Source: a virus (Duplodnaviria; Caudoviricetes). Taken from it: a stretch of 64,000 bases of DNA. The notes under the pieces were generated by a model that was not told the origin of the DNA, searched no databases, and worked only from the letters and a program-made list of their open reading frames with translations. Location of the stretch: the IMG/VR virus record IMGVR_UViG_3300013936_000014; one strand, written 5' to 3'. Made by a program: the position numbers and the translations under genes. Shown piece by piece: positions 29,801 to 35,419 of the stretch (position 1 is the first letter of the stretch; the number at the start of each line of letters is the position of its first letter).

Positions 29801-30454
29801 AGTGGCATAGCTGTTCGTGTCTTTGTCCTGCAGGTCCGTGCCTGTTTTCAATGAAAGGCTTTTGATCGTCTTGGAAGCTTTGGAAAAGGCGTATTTGGCA
29901 CTTTCCAATTTGTCGGCGCCGCTGTCTTTCTTCATGAATTTCCTGATTTCCCTCAGCTTGTCGTTCACGATCAGCATTTCGCCTTCATTCGCCTTGACTC
30001 TTAGGGCGCTGGCTTTTTCGGGTTCCAGTTTGTCTATGTAGTCATTGACATAGGAATGCCCGTATTTAACCGTATCGTCGAACGCGACATTGAATCTCTG
30101 CGTGAATGAATGGGCGGCGGTCTTATCGATATTCTCCCCTTTCCCATTGAGCACTTTGTCTTTGTATAAAGGGTCGTATACCAGCACGTCGTATCCCGTC
30201 AGCGTCCCTGACTCGCTTTTTCTCGGACGCACCTGAGCCGCAAGCCCCATGGAGTTGAGCTGCTGGCTGAAATCCACCAGCTGTTTAGTCAGATTGTTGT
30301 CTTTTATGTCTTTCGCGATGTGGGCGTTCTGCTTCCTTATGGAAGGATCGCTTTTTTCGAGCACTTCCTCGTAATATTCCCCTGTGAAGACTTTGTTGTC
30401 TTTATTCTGCCTGATGAACTCGTTTAAGTCCATCGGTTCGCCGTATTCTATCAT
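17819..30454 (-). CDS. tape measure protein fused to an N-terminal single-chain two-barrel RNA polymerase and a PD-(D/E)xK-like domain (4211 aa)
   Basis: TP901-type TMP core at about aa 2315-2600 (WLRQGYS, VVDKLTKVD, GNAIKTMLSR); C-terminal NEEGSEAIV; RxP...NADFDGD at aa 1178-1221; GRTD...DLKT at aa 1870-1902. Confidence 0.9.
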   Translation of the reverse strand: MIEYGEPMDLNEFIRQNKDNKVFTGEYYEEVLEKSDPSIRKQNAHIAKDIKDNNLTKQLVDFSQQLNSMGLAAQVRPRKSESGTLTGYDVLVYDPLYKDKVLNGKGENIDKTAAHSFTQRFNVAFDDTVKYGHSYVNDYIDKLEPEKASALRVKANEGEMLIVNDKLREIRKFMKKDSGADKLESAKYAFSKASKTIKSLSLKTGTDLQDKDTNSYATGSHEIDAGLSERINVAPLLEGMEESYRMDSAYKNKILEVVALYTQAKDEGEALKILELREDGLKKAFARKDGYDNFKKVLHSMREKGLVYDAANNSEEAFNNDKASTMHRNDVPGDILLSPVKREQGRTNAHNILGDEKKVQRLSKMYARGILASKTGEAKQIKYAANVINGPDNRVAYDAAVLAVEMTDAELAKQGFSNLSVKEGQTVISKDLAEVMDTSHHTVNETFVQKDVEDATEALNEEYKKIKEGSKKKNLSKKKAKRLAYLQEILNDDGTVKDEDLLYTDMFVNYLRKKHMTLFKADSGTPDRANVGIFREGDGRVTVSGEGRVPMEDGRKGVSSNGQLRTSMTMAHHGEFGKIKAYSNGKEAGNLEDSNIQVIYGRDEKDARSYGALLKGDIISTLTDLRENGKIMDFFNRLEKDSKSDDEMQRKSAEFLRSILEPVENGDKVYITDDKEKVDKYISGTDEKQLSYYLNYIDTLRDYFGGNRGFGKAYDLDKNGNLVRTGNTKTEWVNIGGDVNPSYGYYSDEGAVDFVTGYDSAVRGLTMAAASLTEEEKEKMAAGNNKNAYDVADDIASQFNAYEKNKARLEKLKSSNEEAVAMMKKTLTEGVDVKGLDQSKYITVGKGKGYTIDIDQIEAPSYIPGGGGDILNEEKTLVYAIDQQRKILADKANNERIEKISALEKELADLRNKGDEKEIEKRERQIDELKKAQAREDDFQVVIDTQGNTFGDKITYDGKNYYGFGGKAIYLNKKASAGGRGYGGSGYKDELNGQLVYALQEGDPRKIIKAANKTVQLMANSVKFKEGGEFKDLMKGKMSHSMNGSSIGFNTAEIMSQEEYESEIAKDKSQRDNLRLLKSDIASFGMEISRDAAEGFLGGKKAGGSKKNLFSNKELKEMLKGFGLSYTNKKGESQAIDKMSRKEVINHLLDVLTVDSDDWKKAYQSGNLTHGLIGMAGRFPFMNGLDLDTINKIFINKDLKGKGIKLGVGLAKKQNADFDGDHEALKLLKLSPAERVLFDKSADIKQDVMRKLAWIAKAEYEKKDASSRVLSDNFGKGVSDAMIAQSAEIASRENKGAVGVFSNYASQMRNMMRDLGFDETGMIHGLKEENENAASSIIIRTFFEALEQDLISAKKVINRLAKEKNMSVEEATKKLSQEEILSKQKQILEEVSELQKKFRERKITFKELNEKLIEMGLLGGEGELLNRTTQAGLLAIESGIAGGKKMLKELSGGKYREYAMYGKATKRDVEFAKLFENKGGFEEWDKTSEAKALYGKLDRAKVDYDKKDLFDMLLSGKVGVEDYGTVTGDMYTKSFDRFAKYAQRKGEPGQDGTTDTLVRSAINKTHTPEKRDYESNPYYFGHLTQEQIAEIDGGAKGIENANDRISKAIAELGKSGGEVGKALSIFLEAITGFSDKITNVAENDGLMSAAEGAKILKEKKFLAPVSTTSITKGFAPYTGVSADPGLVDKILANKDKKYFGYSSKEQMRQFVGDGEDKATALKGSLYGAKTEYFSKLKDIASLKNWTWSSNEDLEKLYDANKDSLQKDSHPEVKALVAAREDYIKNKNKYFDFLKAVHGENGYNDEKFFLAKHGAEDYDDLLAAWESQMQATDAFYSPENRAEIDGRKAAILPEAGFIGVTGKSGKTSYVGRTDLASLRKETYAMPNGENKTINVLDLVDLKTKMGQQLSAGDILQGIMNSFAARQDIAYAKEFEKEGGGGFEAWKNSPVFKALQERMESDGQKNVNWEEYYKQLIHADTAVSRILKTNPKTHKTELVSLDRAFESLGHKEIMAQVEKYANGQLPKEEAMKLLQSIVTQMADAGYNVEGVSDPNLKYANSTQEQVAADYMRLMKEKNANLERKKTVDYLLKDTSNEKTEAKVAELRKEADELEKKLKEIDKNIEIAKKTKADLSKYNTESGEEIDVDKEIKADRRQQKAIRRTEIGEEQNKAKTRLQSTLSQMIRIQGRINERETRSGAVGLRGISNQQKLAYDMANEKDQGELDALAKSLSGVNWEKSVGGADQLAEILEKASKEAGVADQQIAALQSDLNPSIWAQLTTSVKGWFNQMIRGQLVWKVLGQVQKAITTVIQSAEKLDSVLVNLQIVTGDSRESTKQLITTYASLAQQMSSTTSEVASAANDWLRQGYSVSESIDLITASLQLSKLGMIDSGKATSYLTSMLKGFKLEASDATEVVDKLTKVDMTAATSAGDIAEALRQFATTAQLSGVDLDESIAMATTIMDVSQKDASSTGNAIKTMLSRYGNVKAGTYSGMNITGDQNETTESLNDIDKVLKKLGISLRTSNLEFRDFDDVLDDIAAKWETLDSVSKNAIATAMAGTRQRESFLVLMENYDKYKDFIEEAADAEGTAAEKYEAYEDSLEASQKKLAAAWEELASKTEVVDFFKQVNNIMTKLVEHLPFIAKTFIRMFSGKAAANALNILQRSGSFAGFSMKGLKTTLKSSFDPTYGLFGGKTGRSGLIDSQIRKGTSPILNEVKKITRYMGKSSAPKAVPGLKGKSYVANPRYVANSRGAGQDVDAEKQKILSDPTLSLFAKRKALRKLEFGDKEKELERDLEEIENDKKDVAEGKNATEESKYQLKRKKAKYKEDRKSLASQKLAWDKGFAKKAFDDFKNGKTRKKLYVDRYSGLTEEEVFADTSLTDKQKKKAISAIKFDKNILDNEKEIKRLKQKEASLKSGIKSDRLLEVDDGGKKAAELKEARKQRERLINKNDELKGNKNEYNMFSSGFERDNYIAAHAIDPELEDGTKFSALKQNKNGTYSAKGHLGFVSKEKYEELKQQREASKVEVGKEFDEKKKQEKNTKAVAAAVAGISGFMSADTRNKHKNQFTGEWETNETTNENAKGIMQANTGIATAIGTYFGGEAGGAIAGAAADFVNNYVIGQLIPAVRDENLKNDRFGQADKKKQQVEEAKSSITNVVDLASKETLTADDYSSLVKAQDELKDFMTKSENAGIKDEFVAYANKFLAGQSEGNEYAAKSFDELTNLADMTDAQRKKTAYALKVAQTKQENLAENAEYEKELDSLNTDIESDYLDVSGYNDRAKKRTAALTASGAAAGVAIGGLAGGGAFSWAGALFGAAIGGMAGYASAKKANEVDREETLEAWNSQSRDEQIAALEEMKAQGKGDSAKLSAMISKLQNINDTIKKIRDKMDQQRVEEGILEMSVGKNADGTDKTLLDLSQNALKDMGTDTIIEKMATYLQDKYGGMADGSSYFYTDENGNKQVTAAARKSILKGLKSNEDIYGAVSGQNYRLSDILGMKDGQTKTEMLNNFANALHVSVDELQGLGTAFGNFTLGDLTASAEDLSSKFSDMQTAITNIASGSQSWATTLQSVAKTYPELLGYASDEYTLSLAMFQKMSDYKKLQTDAQMSDIMANETYFDTFSDKLKESLSGDEWDQFTQAQINSFNDLQQYVANNDTSFSEKLNEAAQAELKNIKLMSNEERQVLEKVVSIKNAQIDKEINNLTSQKEAMQNINSQREYENKLIEAKIRLENATKEKKRVWREGVGWVYEEDQAAISEAKDNMDSITNEKSVSAVTKQIDQLNADKDYLSSILSDQEEATQRAFLQAYSDANGVTSDNISSLGSSLEDTLKGNSEQANEKWDEWMKEYKKKEDSSKSTLKEQYDALQKAKEAMNNPNLSDEDRARAQEAYNTALSNYQSTYNDGLSKGYWKASDFAEGGDMYDMFGGKNDATVAGAGGAGYKQAQPDQFLYQKDDSGNWNKFVYNPGKTDVLSSSDWNKFYDKDGETGADFYNATLGESGSNHKLYVNKDSDDITAVSIYDAAKENTTSTGFASWLEGNLYGPTLVRIGKSGQWTRFIGGLAYKLDAPKRVSENDVPKDVIEKGGSFKKGSTDISKGNKIPLLMNEEGSEAIVTPSGTITALPSHSGIVPADITSNLWNLGNYAPDLLSALQRQALLGMSVSGTAADGSADNSVNINTVQMTVDADGSFNVDSFVQQLRQVAALTRNNKH

Positions 30455-30457
30455 AGA

Positions 30458-30796
30458 TTATTCCCCCCTTGCGTTTTCCTTGCGTAATTTGCTGATTAGC
30501 GACGCGACTGCCGGAACAATCCAGCGGAACACGAACAGCACACCCGAGACCCCCGCGCACAAGCACCATCCCACCAACCTAAAGATAAGAGTGGAAACAA
30601 AATTATCTCTGCAATTGGAATAGACATATGCTGCCTCCACCCCCAGCATCCTGTAAATGGTGAATTCATTCCAGAACGACTGGTTTGCCAAGACGACCGA
30701 ATAAGAAACGCATTTAAGGCAAGAAATAAGAAAAAATGCCCCAAGAATGGTTCCCGTAATCAATACGAGATTTTTGTACTCCGTATTTTTTTTCAT
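30458..30796 (-). CDS. small membrane protein (about 2 TM segments)
   Basis: AGGAGG RBS; two hydrophobic stretches; directly upstream of the TMP gene. Confidence 0.6.
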   Translation of the reverse strand: MKKNTEYKNLVLITGTILGAFFLISCLKCVSYSVVLANQSFWNEFTIYRMLGVEAAYVYSNCRDNFVSTLIFRLVGWCLCAGVSGVLFVFRWIVPAVASLISKLRKENARGE

Positions 30797-30855
30797 AAAT
30801 ACCTCCTTTCAGGCTTTCTGCCTTAAATAAAAACACCCTTTTATTCGAGCATAGT

Positions 30856-30886
30856 AAAAAAGAGGATTGCGCATAATGCAATCCTC
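30856..30886 (-). terminator. intrinsic terminator
   Basis: GAGGATTGC/GCAATCCTC stem plus T6. Confidence 0.7.
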
Positions 30887-30941
30887 GCAGAAGAAAATCT
30901 CTTCTTCAATGGCCAGTATCCTGGCTCTGATATAAATGATC

Positions 30942-31006
30942 GGTCAAAAACAAGGGAATCGAACCCATGACCTTCTGAGGCCAGCTCGCCTTTCGAGCTG
31001 TTTTTG
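30942..31006 (-). ncRNA. tRNA-like element lacking a normal anticodon arm
   Basis: Acceptor stem CAAAAAC/GTTTTTG-A-CC, D-arm GCTC-GAAAGGC-GAGC, variable AGGTC, T-arm ATGGG-TTCGATT-CCCTT; only 9 nt where the 17-nt anticodon arm should be. Confidence 0.6.
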
Positions 31007-31008
31007 AT

Positions 31009-31052
31009 AAAAAAAGACGAGTCATTCGATTCCCACATACCGAATGACTCGT
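31009..31052 (-). terminator. intrinsic terminator of the ACAGCA-hairpin transcript
   Basis: 12-bp stem ACGAGTCATTCG/CGAATGACTCGT plus T7. Confidence 0.8.
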
Positions 31053-31057
31053 TTAAC

Positions 31058-31206
31058 TAGACGCTACTTTTGAAAGATTTTAATCTCGTGTTTATTGATT
31101 GCTGTGCGCGTCTATGTTCTAGGCTCATCATATTCCTTATCAAAAAGATCAATATTGCTGTTAGAGCCTAAACACGAAGAAGAGAACGAATGCTGTTTTC
31201 CTCTTC
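31058..31206 (-). ncRNA. array of three stem-loops each carrying ACAGCA at the 5' side of the loop
   Basis: Stems GAAGAGG/TCTCTTC (31179-31206), TAGGCTC/GAGCCTA (31120-31170) and TAGACGC/GCGTCTA (31058-31114). Stem sequences differ but pair; ACAGCA is invariant. Confidence 0.7.
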
Positions 31207-31214
31207 ATGTATAT

Positions 31215-31242
31215 ATTATACAATTGATTTGACTTGTGTCAA
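31215..31242 (-). promoter_or_regulatory. consensus sigmaA promoter driving the ncRNA locus
   Basis: TTGACA-N16-TATAAT, with no ORF before the next terminator. Confidence 0.8.
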
Positions 31243-32808
31243 TTACTTCTTCGCTTCTTCGAAGGCGATCTTCTCGATCTTCGAATAACGTTCCCCATTC
31301 AGAGTTTTTTCGAGCATAGCCTTGGAGTCGCATTCCCCCAAAGCCACCCTTTCATATAAATTCGGGGTAAACCCGGAGATCAGCGTAACACCAAGATCAT
31401 TCTGCAGGATAGGCACCGTGTCTGAACGGCTTCCGACATTCCAGAATACCAATTTAGGAAGCTTGTACCCATGTCTTTCGAATCTCTCGCCAGCTATTTC
31501 GATTGGGTTGTTGAAACGGCCGATGGAATCATTGTCCGCATCCACAACGCATTCATCGAATTCCATGTCGCTGATGATGAGGATGGTTCTGGGGAGATCT
31601 TCCTGACGCAGATTCTTCGAGACGGCCACTCCGAGGATCAGGTCAAACACGGCCTCTATGTTGGTGTTGGCAACCTCGCCGTTTTCCTCGAGATATTCCA
31701 AGATGTCTTTCAGACTTCTCTTTTGGGAAATATCAAGGAAACGGGGAGTCCTGCTGAAAGTGATCATCTTGCCATTATATTCGCCTTTCAGATGTTGGGC
31801 CCCGTAGATGGCTATGGAGTATGCGACATCCTGAGCCGTGACGCGGCTCTTCAAGGAGACGTAAGAGTACATCGACCCGCTTCCATCCGCGACAACCAGA
31901 CAGCTGTCAAGCCCTGAGGCGTCTTTCAGATTCTTCCATGCCAACTCCAAAGTCGCGTCTTCTTCCCCTGTTTTCTCCTCAAATCCAAGTTTGCTCATGT
32001 ATTTATGAACGATGTCGTAAGGGAAAACGGCAGAGGAATTCATCTTCAAGCCTTTTTTCCCTTTCTCGAGATCAGAGAGATATTGAGAGCGTCTTGGTCC
32101 ATCGTGTCTCATGAAAGCCTCTTTGTAAGCCAGATTGGCGCATGAGGGGACCGCGTTATAATCTACTTTATCCCAGTCATTCGCGCTCATATTCCGCTCG
32201 ACGATGTTTAATTTGCTTCGCATTGCACGCAAGGCCTTCCTATATACCTTCGGCGCAAGGGAAAGTCTCTTTCTTATTTTTGCGGCAAGTCGCCTGGTGA
32301 CCTTGCTGCTGGCATTCTCCGAAGGCAGCCACTTCGCAAGAAGAGTTACATTCTCTCCTTTAGAGAAGGCGATCATATCACGCATGAAGGTTCTTTCGAT
32401 GAAATCATATGCGATATCTTGCACTGAAGCATCGACATCGTCATCCAGTAGGCAGAAAATGTCATCAGCTCTGCCATATTCCATAATATAGTCGCAAACA
32501 TGGGCAATTATTTTTTCCTTTTCTTGAAATTCGCTTGCCGCAAACCTTTTAAGGCAGATTCTGAAAGTCCTTCTTTCGCCCAAACCGTTTTTGATATCGC
32601 GGATATAAAACAGAAAACGAAGAACGTTCTCGTTTTTGGAATCCAATACCTTCTCAAAATCTTCCTCGATATCTTTGGACTCTTTGCGGCGATAAGAAGC
32701 CAGCCTAAAGCTAAAATCAACCATTGGATCAAAGGTCGATTTGTATCCTTGCGCCCCTTTTTCGGTCACGGAGATGTTGTCGACTGCCTTCAAAAAAATG
32801 TCTTCCAT
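31243..32808 (-). CDS. DUF2828 / TROVE(Ro60)-like protein with C-terminal vWA domain
   Basis: TEKGA, FYIRDIKNGLGERRTF, EYGRADD, LAKWLPSE, vWA MIDAS VADGSGSM, TNIEAVF, ISDMEFD, VFWNV. Confidence 0.85.
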   Translation of the reverse strand: MEDIFLKAVDNISVTEKGAQGYKSTFDPMVDFSFRLASYRRKESKDIEEDFEKVLDSKNENVLRFLFYIRDIKNGLGERRTFRICLKRFAASEFQEKEKIIAHVCDYIMEYGRADDIFCLLDDDVDASVQDIAYDFIERTFMRDMIAFSKGENVTLLAKWLPSENASSKVTRRLAAKIRKRLSLAPKVYRKALRAMRSKLNIVERNMSANDWDKVDYNAVPSCANLAYKEAFMRHDGPRRSQYLSDLEKGKKGLKMNSSAVFPYDIVHKYMSKLGFEEKTGEEDATLELAWKNLKDASGLDSCLVVADGSGSMYSYVSLKSRVTAQDVAYSIAIYGAQHLKGEYNGKMITFSRTPRFLDISQKRSLKDILEYLEENGEVANTNIEAVFDLILGVAVSKNLRQEDLPRTILIISDMEFDECVVDADNDSIGRFNNPIEIAGERFERHGYKLPKLVFWNVGSRSDTVPILQNDLGVTLISGFTPNLYERVALGECDSKAMLEKTLNGERYSKIEKIAFEEAKK

Positions 32809-32834
32809 GTTGTGCTCCTTTTTATTACTTAACC

Positions 32835-32863
32835 ATTATATCGTCCAATATAATTCAAGTCAA
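32835..32863 (-). promoter_or_regulatory. sigmaA promoter of the TROVE-like gene
   Basis: TTGACT-N17-TATAAT. Confidence 0.75.
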
Positions 32864-32877
32864 CCCTTTTTCGAAAA

Positions 32878-33543
32878 TCAGCCGAGCTCTTCCAATATGT
32901 TGTCGAGCTCCGCGCACCATCTTGACCTCATGCTTTTCACCAGTTCCACATGAGCCACCCATGGGGTTTGAACGTCTTTGAATTTATCTATTACTCTCTG
33001 AAAATCACATTTGCCTTTTTTTCTTTGTTCTATATCATCTATCTGATTCATGCTGCCCAACAATATAACTTTACAATAATCACTCATTCTAGTAAGAACC
33101 GTTTTAATGGAGGCAAGGTTGAGATTCTGACATTCGTCAACAATGAGAATTGTTCCAGGAGCAAAATTTCTCCCTCGAAGAAATCCAAGTGGTTCGACAT
33201 CAACTTTCGCTTGCAACTCTCTTGGGTGCATTTTATTCGTACTATTCCTGCAAAGACTCTCAAAAGTATCATATAAAGGACTCATATAAGGCTCAAATTT
33301 ATCTTCCAAACTTCCTTTAAGGAAACCCAAAGATTTTCCAACCTCAACAGGATTTCTGGTATAAATAATCTTTCGATATTTTTTCTGATCCAAAAGTTCT
33401 AAAGCCGTCGCCATCGTGACAAAATCCTTCCCAGTACCGGCGGCACCAGTAACGATAATCACGGGGATGTCGTTCGTCATTATCAAGCGAGACGCTTCCT
33501 GTTGTTCTTCATTGCCCTTAAGGCTGATTCCTAAAACTGACAA
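32878..33543 (-). CDS. phoH: PhoH family ATPase
   Basis: GAAGTGKD, LGFLKGSLEDK, FLRGRNF, DECQNL, LTR, QID; TTG start after AAGGAGG. Confidence 0.92.
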   Translation of the reverse strand: MSVLGISLKGNEEQQEASRLIMTNDIPVIIVTGAAGTGKDFVTMATALELLDQKKYRKIIYTRNPVEVGKSLGFLKGSLEDKFEPYMSPLYDTFESLCRNSTNKMHPRELQAKVDVEPLGFLRGRNFAPGTILIVDECQNLNLASIKTVLTRMSDYCKVILLGSMNQIDDIEQRKKGKCDFQRVIDKFKDVQTPWVAHVELVKSMRSRWCAELDNILEELG

Positions 33544-33720
33544 ATGAGATTCCTCCTTATTTGTTTTATAACCCAAATTCTAAGAAGAAAGGGCTATTCG
33601 GCCATTCGCCGATAAAGCAAATGCGGCCAAGCCGCCTGCCCTACCGTTACCGCGCACGCCACGTGGAGGCTGGCCCAAGTACGCTTAAAGCCCGAATAAT
33701 CGGGCTGCTCAATCACGACT

Positions 33721-33894
33721 TCAGCTGATGATGTCGTAATAAATCGGAGAGGATGTCTCTTCGATAAGATAAATAGCGTTGGCGTCATAAGTATAGCTTA
33801 CCCCCCCAACCGTCAAAGTCCCGCCACTCACCAATGTGCTCCATTGGGCCGCAGTAACTTTGTATATTTTTGTTAAATTAACACTGGATGCCAT
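33721..33894 (-). CDS. 57-aa fibre-related protein (below ORF-track cutoff)
   Basis: AAGGAGG RBS; MASSVNLTKIYKVTAAQWSTLVSGGTLTVGGVSYTYDANAIYLIEETSSPIYYDIIS resembles the N-terminal domain of the collagen-like genes. Confidence 0.7.
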   Translation of the reverse strand: MASSVNLTKIYKVTAAQWSTLVSGGTLTVGGVSYTYDANAIYLIEETSSPIYYDIIS

Positions 33895-33912
33895 GAAGCC
33901 CCTCCTTAATAA

Positions 33913-34713
33913 TTAGTCATCATAATTACTGATGATTTCATTATATAATTTCTCTACTTGATTTGCAATGCCATTCGGAAAATTTGAAGCAAAATAATTG
34001 CAGCATTCCTTGATTTTGTTTATCACGGACTCTTCTTCTTTTTCAGAAAAACCCTCTTCCCCGTCTTTGTATTTCATGTCTTTAAGTCGTTTTGCCAGGC
34101 CCTTATCGTAATTCGAAGAAAACAACAAGGCGTGCCCCAAATAAGCCGTGTACCAAAATTTTTCGCAGATCGAATAAGCCGAAGAAAATTTTTTATCTTC
34201 GAACGAATTGCTCAGCCCCCCATTTTTTTTATCAAACTTGGGCATTAAAAAAGAAAAGAAAGCAAATGTTGATATTTCCCTCAAATGGTCTTTGATTTTC
34301 TTCAAAACAACGCCGTGATTCCGATCTTTGCTCTTATCTAAAAAAATAAAATTCGCCCCCTTAAGGCCGAATTTTACCAAAGACGCAAGCAAAGAAAAAT
34401 CTTTGTCGTCGTCGATTCTCATTATTTCATCTTTGATGTCTCCCAAAGAAAAACCAGCCCACTGCACAAAGTTATCCGCCAATTTGATAAATTTGACGCA
34501 ATGGCGATACTCTTTATCATAACTAGATATATTATCAAAAGTGCCGTTTAAATACAAAAACAAGATGTCGTAGTCGGATTTCTCTGTGGTGAGCCCGACG
34601 ATATCACTCCCTATAACCACCTCGGCAAGAAACCCTTCGGTTTTCAAGGAATCGAGGACACTGAGAGAAGACAATTGTTCAAAAACGGCTTTTCTGTCAT
34701 TTTTGAGAGCCAT
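33913..34713 (-). CDS. Pol-beta superfamily nucleotidyltransferase 3
   Basis: IGSDIVGLTTEKSDYD (GS...DxD); ATG 34713 after GAGGAG. Confidence 0.75.
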   Translation of the reverse strand: MALKNDRKAVFEQLSSLSVLDSLKTEGFLAEVVIGSDIVGLTTEKSDYDILFLYLNGTFDNISSYDKEYRHCVKFIKLADNFVQWAGFSLGDIKDEIMRIDDDKDFSLLASLVKFGLKGANFIFLDKSKDRNHGVVLKKIKDHLREISTFAFFSFLMPKFDKKNGGLSNSFEDKKFSSAYSICEKFWYTAYLGHALLFSSNYDKGLAKRLKDMKYKDGEEGFSEKEEESVINKIKECCNYFASNFPNGIANQVEKLYNEIISNYDD

Positions 34714-35419
34714 AATAGACGCTCCTCGTCTGCATCCAAGTCCCGACCGAGTCCACATCATCGAAAATCTCCCCACTCGGAACAACAAATTTTTCCATCT
34801 CGCCATAGTGGGGACAGAACATTTTTTTTGAAAGGTATAATCTGCCATCACATTTTTCATTGGTCCCCAAAACATATTCAATAAGATGTGTGTAATTAGC
34901 CAAACATCTTAAAGATGACATAAGATTGGAATATTTGTCTCTTATCTCTTTTTCTCCCTTTCTTATGCCAATATTCAATGAGAATTCAAGATAAGGAGAA
35001 CGATATTCGTTGATAAAAGACGCAAGATTGTCTTCTGAGAAGAACTGGCCATTAACCGCCAAAAGCCAATAATTCACCGAAAAACGCACTTTGATTTTTT
35101 TTCCGCATTTCATCGCAAGGCATCTTAAAAATGAAACTTCGCGATCAAAACCGACTCCGTTTGTTATCAATTCGACATCAGAAATTCTCTTGTCTTCCAG
35201 CAGCGCTCCCATAATGCCTTCGAATTGAGGATGCTCCAAAGGCTCTCCCCCAATAACCCTCACGGTATTAGGTAAATTTTTTGACAATGTTTCATTTAAA
35301 ACCCTTCCTAGGGTCTTCATATCAATGAAGTCATCGTTCTGAGACCTGCAGGCCAAACCGCAGAAAGGGCATTGCGCGGAACATCTGTCCGTTATATAAA
35401 GATGAATGATATTCTTCAT
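34697..35419 (-). CDS. radical SAM protein (short, no SPASM domain)
   Basis: CSAQCPFC, GGEP, ITNG. Confidence 0.9.
   Translation of the reverse strand: MKNIIHLYITDRCSAQCPFCGLACRSQNDDFIDMKTLGRVLNETLSKNLPNTVRVIGGEPLEHPQFEGIMGALLEDKRISDVELITNGVGFDREVSFLRCLAMKCGKKIKVRFSVNYWLLAVNGQFFSEDNLASFINEYRSPYLEFSLNIGIRKGEKEIRDKYSNLMSSLRCLANYTHLIEYVLGTNEKCDGRLYLSKKMFCPHYGEMEKFVVPSGEIFDDVDSVGTWMQTRSVYYGSQK

Noticed and set aside
18077-30041. Many plus-strand ORFs opposite the TMP and other long genes (e.g. 27284-28384, 47882-49168)
   Set aside because: Antisense frames produced by codon bias; no motifs or RBS; fully overlap confident genes.
30841-31038. 65-aa ORF in the ncRNA locus
   Set aside because: No RBS, starts inside a terminator loop and crosses the tRNA-like element and a second terminator.
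33590-33642. Hammerhead ribozyme in the three-way junction
   Set aside because: Lacks the CUGANGA and GAAA core on either strand.
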